A stretch of DNA of 41,326 bases. It comes from Bacillota bacterium (GTDB lineage Bacteria; Bacillota; UBA994). Position 1 is the stretch's first letter. Every line of letters starts with the position of its first letter. Both the position numbers and the translations under genes were made by a program. Positions 37,200 through 41,326 of the stretch are shown here, piece by piece. Below the pieces are notes generated by a model that searched no databases, was not told the origin of the DNA, and worked only from the letters and a program-made list of their open reading frames with translations. The stretch covers positions 1 to 41,326 of the forward strand of contig QLUS01000002.1 in NCBI GenBank assembly GCA_018725535.1, in the 5' to 3' direction.

Positions 37200-38116
37200 T
37201 GGTCACGTGGCAGCTGTTTGTATCCCCCTTTGTGCTACATGTGTTTATTGCCGGAGGCTTAGCGTTTGCGTTAATTGCCGTGCTTGATATGGCTGTTCCG
37301 TTGGCGCCGCGTGCGCGGATGACGCTTTACGCTGCGGTGCTCGCCGTGCCAATCATGAGCTACTTCGTGTATTTTACGCACATCTTTGGGCGGTGCAGCC
37401 GTCTCTTTGGCCCTTTTGCTTGGCGTATCTGTACGATGGGCCGCATCTACGCCGGTTTTCTCGCCCCGTTTACCGCTGTTCTGCTAGGACTCTACCTCTT
37501 GGTGCGGCTGTGGCAATACTACAAGTCGCCGCTGCGACTGAGCCGCCTTGTGGCCTACGAAACTGCTAGGGCACGTGTGGCTAAAGCGCTAGCGGATATT
37601 GATGAGATGGTGTCACTGCGCATCGCTGTGTACGCCAATTGCTTCCCCACGCTCTTTGTGCGTGATGCCGATGCGCCCGAGCTGTGTGTGACGACCGGCC
37701 TGCTAGAGCAGCTTAACGACGCAGAACTCAGGGCGGCGTTAGCGCACGAAGTAGCCCATGTGCGCGGGCACGACAACGTTTGGAATTTGGTTTTCTTACT
37801 GAGAGAAGTGACCTTCTTTTCCCCGCTGGCGCATTTAGCTTACGCACGGTACTGCCAAGCACGCGAGGAAGCTGCGGATTACGCTGTGAACGACACATAT
37901 AGGCTCGAGCTCGCCTCCGCGCTGCTTAAGGTACTGCGGCGCAGCCAAGCGCTAGTGGCGTTTACGAAGTGGCGCTGGTCTGAGAGTTTCTTTGTCGGTG
38001 GCGGTGACATGAAGCGGCGCATCGAATTGCTTTTGGCTGACCGTCGTGTTTTCAGCCCTGTGCCGCTGTGGGCACCGCTATTGGCACTCGGCGCAATCGT
38101 AGTCTTTATTTGCTGA
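37199..38116 (+). CDS. BlaR1-type M56/M48 zinc metalloprotease, short form without extracellular sensor domain
   Basis: Three or four N-terminal TM helices, HEVAHVRGHD (HExxH), a downstream EEAADYAV, and a final TM helix. 305 aa. The ATG overlaps the repressor stop (TAATG). Confidence 0.75.
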   Translation: MVTWQLFVSPFVLHVFIAGGLAFALIAVLDMAVPLAPRARMTLYAAVLAVPIMSYFVYFTHIFGRCSRLFGPFAWRICTMGRIYAGFLAPFTAVLLGLYLLVRLWQYYKSPLRLSRLVAYETARARVAKALADIDEMVSLRIAVYANCFPTLFVRDADAPELCVTTGLLEQLNDAELRAALAHEVAHVRGHDNVWNLVFLLREVTFFSPLAHLAYARYCQAREEAADYAVNDTYRLELASALLKVLRRSQALVAFTKWRWSESFFVGGGDMKRRIELLLADRRVFSPVPLWAPLLALGAIVVFIC

Positions 38117-38163
38117 GTCGGCCGCCGTACTTGCTTGCGGGCCCAAGTCATAAAATACGCTGT

Positions 38164-38182
38164 CTACTACGACCTGTAGTAA
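38164..38182. promoter_or_regulatory. Dyad CTACTA-N7-TAGTAA, candidate BlaI-family operator (copy 2)
   Basis: Read directly, 7 nt upstream of the permease ATG (38190) and just downstream of a TAAAAT hexamer (38151-38156). Confidence 0.5.
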
Positions 38183-38189
38183 AGAGAGA

Positions 38190-39356
38190 ATGTTCGGCTT
38201 GAAGTTTTTCTCCGTGGCTCTCAAGAACCTACTGCGCCGCCGTGTGCGCAGTACCCTCACATTGCTTGGCATTGCGGTTGGCATTGCTATGCTTTTTAGC
38301 TTTACGTCTTTTAACGCCGGTTACCGGGCTAGTTTGCGCCAAGACCTAAACCGCCTCGGCGCGCACATGCTCGCCATAGCTAAAGGGTGCCCCTACGAGG
38401 CTACAGCCATGGTCATGCACGGCGGCGTGATTGAGGATTACCTGACAGAGGAGCATATCGCCACTATCCGCGCTATGCCCAACGTAAAAACCGCAGTGGG
38501 TATGTTTATGAACCAGAAGATCGTCCACCAAGGCAAGCCTGTCATTATCCAAGGGTTGGACGAAGCGGGCTTTGCCTTAAAGCCTTGGTGGGTGATTGAA
38601 GGAGAGCGTTTTGTGGACGCAAATTCCGTCATCCTCCCTGCGGGGAAGGCCACGGAGATGGGGCTAATACTCGGCAGCGAGTACCGCATTAGCGGTGTCG
38701 ACCAAGTCTTTACCGTTACCGGAATACTGCAGAAGACCGGTTCACAAGATGATCAGTTTATCTATATGCCGCTCCTTACGGCACAGCGCCTGTTTAACGC
38801 CGAAGGCAAAGTGACCTCTGTGGCCATTCAACTTGAGGACCTGCGTCAGGTACAGACCGTTGTCGACTTAGTGCAAGCTCTGCCAGATGTGCAAGCTATC
38901 ACTATGTCGCAGATGCTCGGCACTGTGCAGACATTGATGGAGTCCGCCCAAGCGCTGATCACCTCCATTGTAGTCGTAGCCGTCCTTATCAGTGCCTTAG
39001 GCGTACTAAACAGCATTCTCACTTCGGTTTTTGAGCGCACGCGCGAGATCGGCATGATGAAGGCGGTAGGCGCGGGGGCGGTTGACATCTTTGCCCTCGT
39101 CTGGATTGAGAGCGTCTTGCTGACCGTGAGCGGCGGGATGGTAGGTATTGCCGCAGCCATCGGCGCGGGTACGCTTATCGAGGGGGCTTTACGTGGGATT
39201 TTGCCCTTTGCCCCGGCAGGCAACTTGATCACATTTACCCCAGACATCGCGGTGATGAGCCTGCTGGTCTCTGTCATCTTAGGTGTGGTGGCGGGCGCGT
39301 ACCCGGCACTCCGCGCATCGCAGCTTAGCCCCATGGAAGCCATAAGGAGTGAGTAA
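38190..39356 (+). CDS. ABC transporter permease, MacB/FtsX type (4 TM with large extracytoplasmic domain)
   Basis: 388 aa. TM1 (LTLLGIAVGIAMLF), a ~220-aa extracytoplasmic segment, then three C-terminal TMs with an FtsX-type ERTREIGMMKAVGA loop. Confidence 0.82.
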   Translation: MFGLKFFSVALKNLLRRRVRSTLTLLGIAVGIAMLFSFTSFNAGYRASLRQDLNRLGAHMLAIAKGCPYEATAMVMHGGVIEDYLTEEHIATIRAMPNVKTAVGMFMNQKIVHQGKPVIIQGLDEAGFALKPWWVIEGERFVDANSVILPAGKATEMGLILGSEYRISGVDQVFTVTGILQKTGSQDDQFIYMPLLTAQRLFNAEGKVTSVAIQLEDLRQVQTVVDLVQALPDVQAITMSQMLGTVQTLMESAQALITSIVVVAVLISALGVLNSILTSVFERTREIGMMKAVGAGAVDIFALVWIESVLLTVSGGMVGIAAAIGAGTLIEGALRGILPFAPAGNLITFTPDIAVMSLLVSVILGVVAGAYPALRASQLSPMEAIRSE

Positions 39357-39357
39357 C

Positions 39358-40014
39358 TTGAGCGTGATTAAGACTAGCAAGTTATGCAAACACTATCGAC
39401 GGGGCAGTGAGACAGTCCATGCGCTGCAGGATGCCACACTCGCCATCGAAACAGGGGAGTTTGTGGCCATCGTCGGCCCGTCTGGTTCGGGTAAGACTAC
39501 GCTGATGAACCTCTTGGGCTGCCTAGACACGCCGACTTCCGGCAGTTACCGCCTGCGAGGACAAGAGGTAACCGGACTAAAGGAGTCAGGGCTGGTGCGC
39601 CTCAGGCAAGAGAACATCGGCTTTGTCTTTCAACAGTTCTTCCTTTTGCCTACACTCACGGTCGAAGAAAACACCGAGCTCCCGCTTCTGTTTCGCGATA
39701 AAGGCAAGCGACTCACCCATGAACTGCTCGAGACCGTAGGACTCAGCCATCGCCGCAAGCATCTTCCTAAAGAACTTAGCGGCGGTGAAATGCAGCGTGT
39801 GGCCATCGCGCGTGCGCTCATTAACAACCCGGCAATACTGTTAGCCGACGAGCCTACGGGCAATCTCGACAGCAAAAACAGCCTTAAAGTGATAGAGCTC
39901 TTTAGAGAGCTAAACAGTAAAGGACTAACCACCATCATTGTCACCCATAATCGCGAGATCGCGACCATGGCTAACCGTACCATCGCCATCTCAGACGGGC
40001 AAATTGCGCAATGA
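39358..40014 (+). CDS. ABC transporter ATP-binding protein (MacB/LolD-like)
   Basis: GPSGSGKTT Walker A, LSGGEMQRVAIARAL signature, ILLADEPTGNLD Walker B. TTG at 39358 is 8 nt after AAGGAG (the ORF-track GTG at 39349 overlaps the SD). Confidence 0.9.
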   Translation: MSVIKTSKLCKHYRRGSETVHALQDATLAIETGEFVAIVGPSGSGKTTLMNLLGCLDTPTSGSYRLRGQEVTGLKESGLVRLRQENIGFVFQQFFLLPTLTVEENTELPLLFRDKGKRLTHELLETVGLSHRRKHLPKELSGGEMQRVAIARALINNPAILLADEPTGNLDSKNSLKVIELFRELNSKGLTTIIVTHNREIATMANRTIAISDGQIAQ

Positions 40015-40040
40015 CGTATCACCTTTCTCCTTCCTAGCTT

Positions 40041-40070
40041 GGCGGCCCTAACCCTAGGGCCGCACTTTTT
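40041..40070 (+). terminator. Rho-independent terminator of the ABC operon
   Basis: 9-bp stem GCGGCCCTA / TAGGGCCGC, loop ACCC, then AC + TTTTTT. Confidence 0.85.
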
Positions 40071-40135
40071 TGAACACAGGGGACGGTTCTTTTTGTCCGA
40101 CGCGGGACGGCTCGAGCCCGCTTCTTTGCATATGC

Positions 40136-40165
40136 TTGACAAGCGTGAGAGCGAGAAAGTAAAAT
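40136..40165 (+). promoter_or_regulatory. Sigma-A-type promoter for lysS
   Basis: TTGACA (40136-40141), 18-nt spacer, TAAAAT (40160-40165), about 40 nt upstream of the GTG start. Confidence 0.55.
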
Positions 40166-40206
40166 TCAGTTACTCCATAGCAACGACTGAGAGCGGGGGA
40201 ATCACG

Positions 40207-41326
40207 GTGAGCCAACAGGATTATCGCAGCGAGAAACTAGCTCGCTTAAAGTCACTCGGCATACAGGCATATCCGGAAAGATATGCTGTGACACATGCCC
40301 TTAAGGTAGCACGAGCCTTGGCCGATGGCGCGGCAGACATCAGGTTAGCGGGCAGAATCGTAGCCATACGCAAAATGGGCAAGCTGACCTTCGCACACCT
40401 CCAAGACATTGAAGGGCGCATGCAGATAGCCCTTAAGCAAGACCAGCTAGGCGAAGGCTATGCCTTGTTCCACGAAGTGGTCGATATCGGGGACTTTGTG
40501 GGTGTTTACGGCACCACTTTTACTACTAAGACCGGTGAAAAGACGGTGCAGGTCAGTGAGTGGACGTATCTTGGCAAAGCGCTGCGCGAGCTCCCGGAAA
40601 AATGGCATGGGCTTAAAGACGTCGAGCTCATCTACCGCCAGCGCTACCTTGACTTAATATCCAATGAAGAGAGCCGTCGCGTGTTCCTCATGCGCTCACG
40701 TCTGCTCTCTGAGATGAGGCGCTTTTTTGAAAGTCGAGACTTTATCGAGGTTGAAACACAGATACTCACCAACAAACCCTCCGGCGCGCTAGCCTCGCCG
40801 TTTGTCACCCATCATAAGGCACTAGACATAGACTTGTACCTGCGCATTGCCCCCGAGATGTACCTCAAGCGCCTAGTCGTTGGCGGATATACCCACGTAT
40901 TTGAGGTGGCGCGCTGTTTCCGCAACGAAGGTATCAGCCCCACTCATCTGCAGGATTTTACCATGGTGGAAGGCTACAGCGCATACTTTAACTATGAAGA
41001 CAACATGCAGCTCTTACGCGAGCTGGTAATTCACCTGGTTCAAGCGCTGTTCGGCTCCACGCTGGTGCGCATCGGCGAGCAGGAGATTGACTTTAGCGCC
41101 GAGTGGCCGGTTGTTTCTTTCCGTGACTTAATCCTTCAGGACGCCAACGTAGATATTGACGCATATTCTACTGCCAAGGAACTGCTCGCGGCAGTACGCG
41201 GGCAGGGTATCTACTTAGAGCATGAGGATTTAGCGAAGCTTGGCAAAGGCAATCTGATCGACTTGCTGTACAAGAAGATCAGCAGACCTAAGCTTATTAA
41301 GCCCACCTACCTCACTTGTCACCCCG
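40207..41326 (+). CDS. lysS: Lysyl-tRNA synthetase, class II (5' part; runs off the window)
   Basis: Open frame not in the ORF track because it has no stop. Hand translation: VSQQDYRSEKLARLKSLG...LPEKWHGLKDVELIYRQRYLDLISNEE...FIEVETQIL...LYLRIAPEMYLKRLVVGG...EVARCFRNEGIS..HLQDFTMVEGY. GTG start follows GCGGGGGA. Confidence 0.9.
   Translation, partial: MSQQDYRSEKLARLKSLGIQAYPERYAVTHALKVARALADGAADIRLAGRIVAIRKMGKLTFAHLQDIEGRMQIALKQDQLGEGYALFHEVVDIGDFVGVYGTTFTTKTGEKTVQVSEWTYLGKALRELPEKWHGLKDVELIYRQRYLDLISNEESRRVFLMRSRLLSEMRRFFESRDFIEVETQILTNKPSGALASPFVTHHKALDIDLYLRIAPEMYLKRLVVGGYTHVFEVARCFRNEGISPTHLQDFTMVEGYSAYFNYEDNMQLLRELVIHLVQALFGSTLVRIGEQEIDFSAEWPVVSFRDLILQDANVDIDAYSTAKELLAAVRGQGIYLEHEDLAKLGKGNLIDLLYKKISRPKLIKPTYLTCHP

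Noticed and set aside
40071-40206. T-box or other riboswitch leader upstream of lysS
   Set aside because: Only ~40 nt separate the predicted -10 from the start codon. There is no T-box consensus or specifier-loop architecture. The hairpins present look like terminators of the upstream operon.

Overview
This is a 41.3-kb chromosomal window, moderately GC-rich (not computed). It looks like a Gram-positive Bacillota/Clostridia-type genome: GGAGG-type Shine-Dalgarno (SD) sites, many GTG/TTG starts, rapZ-yvcK and whiA-HPr synteny, and a gap-pgk-tpiA-gpmI-eno-secG operon. Gene order, left to right:

- ABC-F ATPase, an HD hydrolase, and a hicAB toxin-antitoxin pair followed by a truncated kinase-fold remnant.
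- A TAXI-type TRAP transporter operon on the minus strand (binding protein, DUF1850, fused permease).
- A YcdX-like PHP phosphatase, then rapZ and yvcK.
- A ~12.4-kb mixed metabolic block: tryptophanase, MTA/SAH nucleosidase, TldD/PmbA, a DUF362 Fe-S protein, glnA, a frameshifted cyclophilin, 4-hydroxybutyryl-CoA dehydratase with 4-hydroxybutyrate dehydrogenase, an MFS transporter, and a small DUF1540 protein missing from the ORF track.
- whiA, an HPr-like protein and a compact Enzyme I-like protein, then the glycolytic operon, secG, a K+-dependent membrane pyrophosphatase and a second HD protein.
- A regulatory/export cluster: an unknown bitopic protein, an XRE-HTH+TPR-like regulator, a small secreted protein, a BlaI-family repressor, a short sensor-less BlaR1-type M56 protease and a MacB/FtsX-type ABC exporter.
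- The 5' part of lysS.

I saw no rRNA, tRNA, CRISPR array, transposase, integrase or recognisable defence system.

Most of the window is ordinary core metabolism. The best candidate for something undescribed is the 34.9-40.0 kb module. There the same CTACTA-N7-TAGTA dyad precedes both the small-protein/BlaI/BlaR1-like operon and the ABC exporter operon. The upstream XRE-TPR gene has a leader in which a perfect heptamer array is exactly complementary to that gene's own SD.

Other points of interest are recurrent short tandem arrays in intergenic regions, the interruption of the conserved rapZ-yvcK-whiA synteny, a 1-nt frameshift in ppiB, and specificity residues that call the beta-eliminating lyase a tryptophanase.

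All functional calls come from reading motifs and remembered family sequences. No searches were run.
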